From Escherichia coli (GTDB lineage: Bacteria; Pseudomonadota; Gammaproteobacteria; Enterobacterales; Enterobacteriaceae), in assembly GCF_046105845.1 (NCBI RefSeq), contig NZ_CP151004.1: a stretch of DNA of 64,000 nucleotides. One strand, given 5' to 3'. Both the position numbers and the translations under genes were made by a program. Numbering within the stretch: position 1 is the stretch's first letter; every line of letters starts with the position of its first letter. A model generated the notes under the pieces. It ran no database searches and was not told the DNA's origin. It saw only the letters and a program-made list of their open reading frames with translations. This document shows, in pieces, positions 55,520-64,000 of the stretch.

Positions 55520-56905
55520 ATGCTGACATTCATTGAACTCCTTATTGGGGTTGTGGTTATTGTGGGTGTAGCTCGCTACATCATTAAAGGGTATTCCGCC
55601 ACTGGCGTGTTATTTGTCGGTGGCCTGTTATTGCTGATTATCAGTGCCATTATGGGGCACAAAGTGTTACCGTCCAGCCAGGCTTCAACAGGCTACAGCG
55701 CCACGGATATCGTTGAATACGTTAAAATATTGCTAATGAGCCGCGGCGGCGACCTCGGCATGATGATTATGATGCTGTGTGGCTTTGCCGCTTACATGAC
55801 CCATATCGGCGCGAATGATATGGTGGTCAAGCTGGCGTCAAAACCATTGCAGTATATTAACTCCCCTTACCTGCTGATGATTGCCGCCTATTTTGTCGCC
55901 TGTCTGATGTCTCTGGCCGTCTCTTCCGCGACCGGTCTGGGTGTTTTGCTGATGGCAACCCTGTTTCCGGTGATGGTAAACGTTGGTATCAGCCGTGGTG
56001 CAGCTGCTGCTATTTGTGCCTCCCCGGCGGCGATTATTCTCGCACCGACTTCAGGGGATGTGGTGCTGGCGGCGCAGGCTTCCGAAATGTCGCTGATTGA
56101 CTTCGCCTTCAAAACGACGCTGCCTATCTCAATTGCTGCAATTATCGGCATGGCGATCGCCCACTTCTTCTGGCAACGTTATCTGGATAAAAAAGAGCAC
56201 ATCTCTCATGAAATGTTAGATGTCAGTGAAATCACCACCACTGCTCCTGCGTTTTATGCCATTTTGCCGTTCACGCCGATCATCGGAGTGCTGATTTTTG
56301 ACGGCAAATGGGGTCCGCAATTACACATCATCACTATTCTGGTGATTTGTATGCTGATTGCCTCCATTCTGGAGTTCATCCGCAGCTTTAATACCCAGAA
56401 AGTTTTCTCTGGTCTGGAAGTGGCTTATCGCGGGATGGCAGATGCGTTTGCTAACGTGGTGATGCTGCTGGTTGCCGCTGGGGTATTCGCTCAGGGGCTT
56501 AGCACCATCGGCTTTATTCAAAGTCTGATTTCTATCGCCACCTCGTTTGGTTCGGCGAGTATCATCCTGATGCTGGTATTAGTGATCCTGACAATGCTGG
56601 CGGCAGTCACGACCGGTTCAGGCAATGCGCCGTTTTATGCGTTTGTTGAAATGATCCCGAAACTGGCGCACTCTTCCGGCATTAACCCGGCGTATTTGAC
56701 TATCCCAATGCTGCAGGCGTCAAACCTCGGTCGTACCCTGTCACCCGTTTCTGGCGTAGTCGTTGCGGTTGCCGGGATGGCGAAAATCTCACCATTTGAA
56801 GTCGTAAAACGCACCTCGGTGCCGGTGCTTGTTGGTTTGGTGATTGTTATCGTTGCTACAGAGCTGATGGTGCCAGGAACGGCAGCCGCGGTCACAGGCA
56901 AGTAA
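55520..56905 (+). CDS. dcuC: Anaerobic C4-dicarboxylate transporter DcuC (461 aa)
   Basis: ORF MLTFIELLIGVVVIVGVARYIIKGYSATGVLFVGGLLLLIISAIMGHKVL..., polytopic membrane protein. Confidence 0.95.
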   Translation: MLTFIELLIGVVVIVGVARYIIKGYSATGVLFVGGLLLLIISAIMGHKVLPSSQASTGYSATDIVEYVKILLMSRGGDLGMMIMMLCGFAAYMTHIGANDMVVKLASKPLQYINSPYLLMIAAYFVACLMSLAVSSATGLGVLLMATLFPVMVNVGISRGAAAAICASPAAIILAPTSGDVVLAAQASEMSLIDFAFKTTLPISIAAIIGMAIAHFFWQRYLDKKEHISHEMLDVSEITTTAPAFYAILPFTPIIGVLIFDGKWGPQLHIITILVICMLIASILEFIRSFNTQKVFSGLEVAYRGMADAFANVVMLLVAAGVFAQGLSTIGFIQSLISIATSFGSASIILMLVLVILTMLAAVTTGSGNAPFYAFVEMIPKLAHSSGINPAYLTIPMLQASNLGRTLSPVSGVVVAVAGMAKISPFEVVKRTSVPVLVGLVIVIVATELMVPGTAAAVTGK

Positions 56906-56945
56906 ATAGTCATGCCGGAGGCAAGTTTCCTCCGGCTTTATCATG

Positions 56946-57626
56946 TCACCCACTGTGGTATATGCGTTGCGGTCTGCCAACTTTGCCGTGAACAATTTCA
57001 GCAATAATCAGATGGCGGCTGGCGCAATATTCAAGATAACGTCTGGCAGTGGTGCGGCTGATAGTCAGTGCCTGCGCCACCGTTTCTGCCGTATGTTGCA
57101 CACCAGGCTCTTTAAACAGTTTTCGCACTGCGTTTAGCGTCAAGGGGTCAATGCCGGTCGGCAGTTCGTCTTTGGGTTCACCGCGAGCATAGGCATTAAA
57201 CATCTCATCAATTTGCTTCTGGCTGGCGCTATCAATACTTTCCAGCATATGTTTACGCTGGCGGAAACGGGTTAGCGTTTGCCCCAGCCGTTCATAGGCA
57301 ATTGGCTTAATGAGATAATCAAATACACCACAACGTACGGCTTCAGACACCGTTTCCATATCGCTGGCTGCAGTGGTAAACACCACGTCGCCGGGATAAT
57401 GCGTCTGCACCAGTTCATGCAGTAAATTAATCCCTCTACCGTCAGGAAGATAGTTATCGAGCAAGATTAGCCCCGGCTTAAAACGCTCGATCATCATTCG
57501 GGCCTGCGCCAGGTTTCCCGCCAGTAATATCTGACTGAATCCGGGAATGTGACGAATATATTCCGCATGCATCTCTGCCAGCGGCGTTTCGTCCTCAACG
57601 ATCAATAGGGTTAATGGAGCTGTCAT
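56946..57626 (-). CDS. dpiA: Response regulator DpiA (CitB), 226 aa
   Basis: ORF MTAPLTLLIVEDETPLAEMHAEYIRHIPGFSQILLAGNLAQARMMIERFKPGLILLDNYLPDGRGI... Confidence 0.95.
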   Translation of the reverse strand: MTAPLTLLIVEDETPLAEMHAEYIRHIPGFSQILLAGNLAQARMMIERFKPGLILLDNYLPDGRGINLLHELVQTHYPGDVVFTTAASDMETVSEAVRCGVFDYLIKPIAYERLGQTLTRFRQRKHMLESIDSASQKQIDEMFNAYARGEPKDELPTGIDPLTLNAVRKLFKEPGVQHTAETVAQALTISRTTARRYLEYCASRHLIIAEIVHGKVGRPQRIYHSG

Positions 57627-59253
57627 TAGGTTTCACTTTCGGAATATAGATTGAAAATAAGGTACCGCAGGGCTCATTATCTTCGAGAGTGATAACACCA
57701 CCGCAGCGCGTTACGTAGCTGGCAATCAAGTACAACCCAATGCCATGTTCGCCGGGCTCGTCAGCACGCGTACTGACACCCTGCTCAAATATTTTGTCTC
57801 GTAGAGACTCTGGAACGCCGCAGCCCTGATCGGCGACTTCAATCACCACATCATCGCCTTCATCGCTGAGGAATAATTCAACGATCTTGTTTCCTTCATC
57901 GCTACGTAGGCTGGCTTCGAAGGCGTTATCAAGTAAATTGCCCACAATGGCTGCAAACTCGGTGCTGTCCAGTCCTGGCGGCAGTTGCGAAAGCTGACTT
58001 CCGGGGACGATGACCATTTTTAGCCCCAGTTCGCGGGCGCGCTGCACTTTACCAAAAAGCAGCCCCGCCACCTGGCGATCGGCAAACGCCTCGCGCAGGC
58101 TATCAATAAGCTGTTGCTGGGCCTGAGACTCCCCCTGCACCATCGCCAACACGCGATCATACTCTTTCATCTGCAACAGACCATTGAGCGTCGACATCCA
58201 ATTGAGATGCTCGTGTCGCAATGTGCGCAGGCTCTCGACGTATTGTTTAATTTGCGTCAGTTGCGCATTGAGGGTGGATATTTCGTCTTTACTACGAAAG
58301 CTGATAATGGCCCCCAGCAAATCATCACCAGAACGAATAGCTTCCCGGTTGGCAATAACGCTCAGACCGTTAAAGTTCGCCACCACATCCTGACGTTTTT
58401 CATCAATCTGTTCGGTAAAGAAATCGGCGGGCCTGACCACTTCAGCAATGGGTTTACCCAACCATTGCCGTCCGGGGGAGCTCAGCCCCAGCATCTTTCT
58501 TGCGTTACGATTGATGGCGGTAATGTAACCATGCGGATCCACCGCAATGAGCCCTTCATAAACCGAACTAAACAGCGCCTCTTGCTGACGGACCACGCGT
58601 GCGATTTGCTTTGGCTCCATGCCCATCATCTGCCGACGGATATGCGCGGCCAGGAACCACGATAGCAACATCAGAATCCCTAACAGCACGACAAACACGC
58701 CAGCCATCGGTAATAAAAACTCAGCCCGCCAGCTATCGATTTTACTCACCAGGTAGCCAATCGACACCACGCCGATGACTTTTCCATCGTCATCAAAGAT
58801 TGGCGTTTTGGCACGCATCGCCATGCCAATTGACCCTTTCCCGGTGATGAAGTAGCTCTCCCCTTTCTCCAGCGCGCCCGGTTTGGTGAACTGCATAGGA
58901 TAACCAATTTTCTCCGGATTAGGATGGTAAAGACGAATCGAGTGGCGATCGCCAATCACCACATAATCGAAATCAGTATCTCTTTGTAATTTATCAGCGA
59001 TGGTCGCCAGCCTCTTGTAGTCACGCGTTTTCACTGCGCTGATGATACTGTCATTAGAAGCAATAATTTTTGCCTGATTCATTGCCATGTCGCGCACATG
59101 AAGCGTTAAATAGTCCTCAAAACTGGCCGTAAAATATTGCGCCAGGGCTGCAATGACAAATATTGAGAACACCAGAATCAGCAAAAAGATACGCAGCGGA
59201 AATGCCAGTCTTTGGAAAAATGCAAACTGTTTATTCTCGTTAAGCTGCAACAT
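57595..59253 (-). CDS. dpiB: Citrate-sensing histidine kinase DpiB (CitA), about 552 aa
   Basis: ORF 57595..59313; internal ATG 59253 gives MLQLNENKQFAFFQRLAFPLRIFLLILVFSIFVIAALAQYF...; periplasmic PAS domain, HATPase; 3' end overlaps dpiA by 32 nt. Confidence 0.93.
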   Translation of the reverse strand: MLQLNENKQFAFFQRLAFPLRIFLLILVFSIFVIAALAQYFTASFEDYLTLHVRDMAMNQAKIIASNDSIISAVKTRDYKRLATIADKLQRDTDFDYVVIGDRHSIRLYHPNPEKIGYPMQFTKPGALEKGESYFITGKGSIGMAMRAKTPIFDDDGKVIGVVSIGYLVSKIDSWRAEFLLPMAGVFVVLLGILMLLSWFLAAHIRRQMMGMEPKQIARVVRQQEALFSSVYEGLIAVDPHGYITAINRNARKMLGLSSPGRQWLGKPIAEVVRPADFFTEQIDEKRQDVVANFNGLSVIANREAIRSGDDLLGAIISFRSKDEISTLNAQLTQIKQYVESLRTLRHEHLNWMSTLNGLLQMKEYDRVLAMVQGESQAQQQLIDSLREAFADRQVAGLLFGKVQRARELGLKMVIVPGSQLSQLPPGLDSTEFAAIVGNLLDNAFEASLRSDEGNKIVELFLSDEGDDVVIEVADQGCGVPESLRDKIFEQGVSTRADEPGEHGIGLYLIASYVTRCGGVITLEDNEPCGTLFSIYIPKVKPNDSSINPIDR

Positions 59254-59632
59254 TGTTTTCCTTGCGGGTTGTCCCGAGCCTCTTTGACGAATGTAATTAA
59301 AATGTTGAATCAAAATACATAGATATTAAATATAATCGTGGCAAATTTTATTCATTAAATCAATTAAATCACTTAAACCTGCGGGTCATTTCGTAATTAC
59401 ATTAATTAAAAAACTTAAAACCATTAAATAAATAAAAAACCACTAACTCTATGTGAAATAAATCAAAATTTCACGCTGCAATACTCCTTAGGATGTATAG
59501 CGAAAGGAGAAAAAGATATACCTCGATCGCCCCCCTTTCTCCCAAGTGAAAATAAAAGGTTATCAGTTTGCAACATCGAACAACATTCGTTGCAAATCGA
59601 TAACAACATGCACCTTCAGGATACTATTTATT

Positions 59633-60691
59633 ATGTTCGGCAATGATATTTTCACCCGTGTAAAACGTTCAGAAAATAAAAAAATGGCGGAAATTGCCCA
59701 ATTCCTGCATGAAAATGATTTGAGCGTTGACACCACAGTCGAAGTATTTATTACCGTAACCCGCGATGAAAAGCTTATCGCGTGCGGTGGAATTGCCGGA
59801 AATATTATTAAATGCGTTGCTATCAGTGAATCCGTTCGCGGTGAAGGACTGGCGCTGACATTAGCCACCGAGCTAATTAACCTCGCCTATGAGCGGCACA
59901 GCACGCATCTGTTTATTTATACCAAAACCGAATACGAGGCGCTGTTCCGCCAGTGCGGTTTTTCCACGCTGACCAGCGTACCCGGCTTGATGGTGCTGAT
60001 GGAAAACAGCGCCACGCGACTGAAACGCTATGCCGAATCGCTGAAAAAATTTCGTCATCCAGGGAACAAGATTGGCTGCATTGTGATGAACGCCAATCCC
60101 TTTACGAATGGTCACCGTTATCTGATTCAACAGGCTGCAGCACAGTGCGACTGGTTGCATCTGTTTTTAGTTAAAGAAGATTCTTCACGCTTTCCCTATG
60201 AAGACCGGCTGGATCTGGTGTTAAAAGGCACCGCCGATATTCCACGCCTGACTGTGCATCGCGGCTCCGAATACATCATCTCCCGCGCTACGTTCCCTTG
60301 CTACTTCATTAAAGAACAGAGCGTCATTAACCATTGTTACACCGAAATTGATCTGAAGATTTTCCGTCAGTACCTCGCTCCCACGCTGGGTGTAACTCAC
60401 CGCTTTGTCGGTACTGAACCCTTTTGTCGCGTTACCGCCCAGTACAACCAGGATATGCGCTACTGGCTGGAAACGCCGACTATCTCCGCACCGCCCATCG
60501 AACTGGTTGAAATTGAGCGGCTGCGTTACCAGGAGATGCCGATATCCGCTTCCCGGGTACGTCAACTGCTGGCGAAAAACGATCTCACGGCTATCGCGCC
60601 GCTGGTCCCTGCAGTCACGCTGCATTATTTGCAGAACCTGCTTGAGCACTCCCGCCAGGACGCGGCAGCTCGTCAAAAGACCCCCGCATGA
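59633..60691 (+). CDS. citC: [Citrate (pro-3S)-lyase] ligase CitC (352 aa)
   Basis: ORF 59546..60691; ATG 59633 gives MFGNDIFTRVKRSENKKMAEIAQFLHENDLSVDTTVEVFITVTRDEKLIACGG... Confidence 0.93.
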   Translation: MFGNDIFTRVKRSENKKMAEIAQFLHENDLSVDTTVEVFITVTRDEKLIACGGIAGNIIKCVAISESVRGEGLALTLATELINLAYERHSTHLFIYTKTEYEALFRQCGFSTLTSVPGLMVLMENSATRLKRYAESLKKFRHPGNKIGCIVMNANPFTNGHRYLIQQAAAQCDWLHLFLVKEDSSRFPYEDRLDLVLKGTADIPRLTVHRGSEYIISRATFPCYFIKEQSVINHCYTEIDLKIFRQYLAPTLGVTHRFVGTEPFCRVTAQYNQDMRYWLETPTISAPPIELVEIERLRYQEMPISASRVRQLLAKNDLTAIAPLVPAVTLHYLQNLLEHSRQDAAARQKTPA

Positions 60692-60705
60692 GAAACAGGT
60701 GAAAA

Positions 60706-61002
60706 ATGAAAATAAACCAGCCCGCCGTTGCAGGCACCCTTGAGTCTGGGGATGTGATGATACGCATCGCCCCACTCGATACGCAGGATATCGACCTGCA
60801 AATCAACAGCAGCGTTGAGAAACAGTTTGGCGATGCCATTCGCACCACCATTCTGGACGTTCTCGCCCGCTACAACGTGCGCGGCGTACAGCTGAATGTC
60901 GATGACAAAGGCGCACTGGACTGCATTTTACGTGCACGACTGGAAGCCCTGCTGGCACGCGCCAGCGGTATCCCGGCTCTGCCATGGGAGGATTGCCAAT
61001 GA
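60706..61002 (+). CDS. citD: Citrate lyase acyl carrier protein (gamma subunit) CitD (98 aa)
   Basis: [56 protein letters not shown]... Confidence 0.95.
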
Positions 61003-61907
61003 TTTCCGCTTCGCTGCAACAACGTAAAACTCGCACCCGCCGCAGCATGTTGTTTGTGCCTGGTGCCAATGCCGCGATGGTCAGCAACTCATTCATCTAC
61101 CCGGCTGATGCCCTGATGTTTGACCTCGAAGACTCCGTGGCATTGCGTGAAAAAGACACAGCCCGCCGCATGGTTTACCACGCGCTGCAACATCCGCTGT
61201 ATCGCGATATTGAAACCATTGTGCGTGTAAACGCGCTGGATTCCGAATGGGGTGTTAACGACCTGGAAGCCGTCGTTCGCGGTGGTGCGGACGTTGTGCG
61301 TCTGCCGAAAACCGATACCGCTCAGGATGTTCTGGATATCGAAAAAGAGATCCTGCGCATCGAAAAAGCCTGTGGTCGTGAACCCGGCAGCACCGGCCTG
61401 CTGGCAGCGATTGAATCTCCGCTGGGCATTACCCGCGCGGTGGAAATCGCTCACGCTTCCGAGCGTTTGATCGGTATCGCCCTCGGTGCAGAAGACTATG
61501 TGCGCAACCTGCGTACAGAACGCTCCCCGGAAGGAACTGAACTGCTGTTCGCACGCTGTTCCATTTTGCAGGCCGCGCGCTCTGCGGGTATTCAGGCGTT
61601 CGATACCGTCTATTCCGACGCTAATAACGAAGCCGGATTCCTGCAAGAAGCCGCCCACATCAAACAGCTGGGCTTTGACGGCAAATCGCTGATCAACCCG
61701 CGTCAGATTGATCTGCTGCACAACCTCTACGCACCGACCCAGAAAGAAGTGGATCACGCCCGCCGCGTCGTAGAAGCCGCTGAAGCCGCCGCTCGCGAAG
61801 GCCTCGGCGTGGTTTCCCTGAACGGCAAGATGGTGGACGGTCCGGTTATCGATCGCGCCCGTCTGGTGCTCTCCCGTGCAGAACTTTCCGGCATCCGCGA
61901 AGAATAA
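60999..61907 (+). CDS. citE: Citrate lyase beta subunit (citryl-ACP lyase) CitE (302 aa)
   Basis: ORF 60984..61907; ATG 60999 gives [47 protein letters not shown]... Confidence 0.95.
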
Positions 61908-61917
61908 GGCAATCAAA

Positions 61918-63450
61918 ATGACGCAGAAAATTGAACAATCTCAACGACAAGAACGGGTAGCGGCCTGGAATCGTCGCGCTGAATGCGATCTTGCCGCTTT
62001 CCAGAACTCGCCAAAGCAAACCTACCAGGCTGAAAAAGCGCGCGATCGCAAACTGTGCGCCAACCTGGAAGAAGCGATTCGTCGTTCTGGTTTACAGGAC
62101 GGCATGACGGTTTCCTTCCATCACGCTTTCCGTGGCGGTGACCTGACCGTCAATATGGTGATGGACGTCATCGCGAAGATGGGCTTTAAAAACCTGACTC
62201 TGGCCTCCAGCTCCCTGAGTGATTGCCATGCGCCGCTGGTAGAACACATTCGCCAGGGCGTGGTTACCCGCATTTATACCTCCGGCCTGCGCGGTCCGCT
62301 GGCGGAAGAGATCTCCCGTGGTCTGCTGGCGGAACCGGTGCAAATCCACTCTCACGGCGGACGTGTGCATCTGGTACAGAGCGGCGAACTGAATATCGAC
62401 GTGGCTTTCCTCGGCGTCCCGTCCTGTGATGAATTCGGTAATGCCAACGGCTACACTGGTAAAGCCTGCTGCGGCTCCCTCGGCTATGCAATGGTTGATG
62501 CCGACAACGCGAAACAGGTTGTGATGCTCACTGAAGAACTGCTGCCTTATCCTCATAATCCGGCAAGCATTGAGCAAGATCAGGTTGATCTGATCGTCAA
62601 AGTTGATCGCGTTGGCGATGCCGCGAAAATCGGCGCTGGCGCGACCCGTATGACCACTAACCCGCGCGAACTGCTTATTGCCCGTAGCGCTGCGGATGTG
62701 ATTGTCAACTCTGGCTACTTCAAAGAAGGTTTCTCCATGCAAACCGGCACCGGTGGCGCATCGCTGGCGGTAACCCGTTTCCTGGAAGACAAAATGCGTA
62801 GCCGCGATATTCGCGCCGACTTCGCCCTCGGCGGTATTACCGCGACGATGGTTGACCTGCACGAAAAAGGTCTGATCCGCAAACTGCTGGATGTACAGAG
62901 CTTTGACAGCCACGCTGCGCAATCGCTGGCCCGTAACCCCAATCACATCGAAATCAGCGCCAACCAGTACGCTAACTGGGGTTCAAAAGGCGCATCGGTT
63001 GATCGTCTCGACGTGGTGGTACTGAGCGCGCTGGAAATTGACACCCAGTTCAACGTTAACGTGCTGACCGGCTCTGACGGCGTACTGCGTGGTGCTTCCG
63101 GTGGTCACTGCGATACCGCGATTGCCTCTGCACTTTCCATCATCGTCGCACCGCTGGTACGCGGTCGTATTCCGACTCTGGTGGATAACGTGCTGACCTG
63201 CATCACTCCGGGCTCCAGTGTCGATATTCTGGTCACCGACCACGGTATCGCAGTTAACCCGGCACGTCCGGAACTGGCAGAACGTCTGCAGGAAGCGGGG
63301 ATCAAAGTGGTTTCTATTGAGTGGCTGCGTGAACGTGCGCGTCTGCTGACCGGTGAACCACAGCCGATTGAATTCACCGACCGCGTCGTTGCCGTTGTGC
63401 GTTACCGCGATGGCTCGGTGATCGATGTTGTGCATCAGGTGAAGGAATAA
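61918..63450 (+). CDS. citF: Citrate lyase alpha subunit (citrate CoA-transferase) CitF (510 aa)
   Basis: ORF 61876..63450; ATG 61918 gives MTQKIEQSQRQERVAAWNRRAECDLAAFQNSPKQTYQAEKARDRKL... Confidence 0.95.
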   Translation: MTQKIEQSQRQERVAAWNRRAECDLAAFQNSPKQTYQAEKARDRKLCANLEEAIRRSGLQDGMTVSFHHAFRGGDLTVNMVMDVIAKMGFKNLTLASSSLSDCHAPLVEHIRQGVVTRIYTSGLRGPLAEEISRGLLAEPVQIHSHGGRVHLVQSGELNIDVAFLGVPSCDEFGNANGYTGKACCGSLGYAMVDADNAKQVVMLTEELLPYPHNPASIEQDQVDLIVKVDRVGDAAKIGAGATRMTTNPRELLIARSAADVIVNSGYFKEGFSMQTGTGGASLAVTRFLEDKMRSRDIRADFALGGITATMVDLHEKGLIRKLLDVQSFDSHAAQSLARNPNHIEISANQYANWGSKGASVDRLDVVVLSALEIDTQFNVNVLTGSDGVLRGASGGHCDTAIASALSIIVAPLVRGRIPTLVDNVLTCITPGSSVDILVTDHGIAVNPARPELAERLQEAGIKVVSIEWLRERARLLTGEPQPIEFTDRVVAVVRYRDGSVIDVVHQVKE

Positions 63451-63453
63451 GCC

Positions 63454-64000
63454 ATGCACCTGCTTCCTGAACTCGCCAGCCATCATGCGGTGTCAATTCC
63501 CGAGCTGCTCGTCAGCCGGGATGAAAGGCAAGCACGGCAACACGTCTGGCTCAAGCGCCATCCTGTTCCACTGGTCTCCTTTACCGTGGTTGCGCCTGGG
63601 CCGATTAAAGACAGCGAGGTCACACGCCGAATTTTTAATCATGGCGTGACAGCCTTGCGTGCCTTAGCCGCAAAACAGGGCTGGCAAATTCAGGAGCAGG
63701 CTGCACTGGTTTCCGCCAGCGGGCCGGAGGGCATGTTGAGCATTGCCGCCCCGGCTCGCGACCTCAAGCTCGCCACCATTGAGCTTGAACATAGTCATCC
63801 TCTCGGGCGGTTATGGGATATCGATGTCCTGACACCCGAAGGCGAAATTCTCTCCCGCCGCGACTATTCACTGCCGCCTCGCCGCTGCCTGTTGTGCGAG
63901 CAAAGCGCAGCTGTTTGCGCGCGTGGAAAAACCCATCAACTGACCGATTTACTCAACCGCATGGAGGCGCTGCTGAACGATGTCGATGCCTGCAACGTCA
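63454..64000 (+). CDS. citX: Apo-citrate lyase phosphoribosyl-dephospho-CoA transferase CitX, 3' end outside window
   Basis: ATG 63454 opens [53 protein letters not shown]... running to window end; cit operon context. Confidence 0.85.

Noticed and set aside
59452-59474. Possible CRP site TGTGA...TCAC upstream of citC
   Set aside because: The half-sites are 14 bp apart rather than the required 6; kept only as an unassigned palindrome.
61089-62946. 275- and 284-codon minus-strand ORFs
   Set aside because: Antisense shadows of citE and citF.

Overview
Enterobacterial (Escherichia/Shigella-type) chromosomal backbone, read here from kdpC'-kdpDE through pgm-seqA, fur, chiPQ, glnS, the nag operon, asnB, a 7-tRNA array, ubiF, miaB-ybeZYX-lnt, gltIJKL, rihA, leuS-lptE-holA-nadD, the mrdAB-rlpA-dacA-lipB/lipA block, tatE, crcB, cspE, pagP, dcuC, dpiBA and citCDEFX'. 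About 63 CDS, 7 tRNAs and one sRNA (SroC) are supported; nearly all are ordinary housekeeping genes, recognised from the supplied ORF translations and my memory of the E. coli K-12 proteins (no database search was possible). The one CDS I cannot assign to a named gene is 29334..31211 (-): a complete rhomboid intramembrane serine protease with all catalytic motifs, a seventh TM helix, a charged linker and a C-terminal YVTN-type beta-propeller of about seven blades. It sits alone between lnt and gltI and is the best candidate for something undescribed. Its divergent promoter region also carries a near-consensus NtrC palindrome and a correctly spaced sigma54-like motif. Relative to K-12 gene order as I remember it, two blocks are missing (speF-potE between kdpE and pgm; ybeQ-hscC between ybeL and rihA) and ybeM is intact. 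No IS element, prophage, integrase or CRISPR array was seen.
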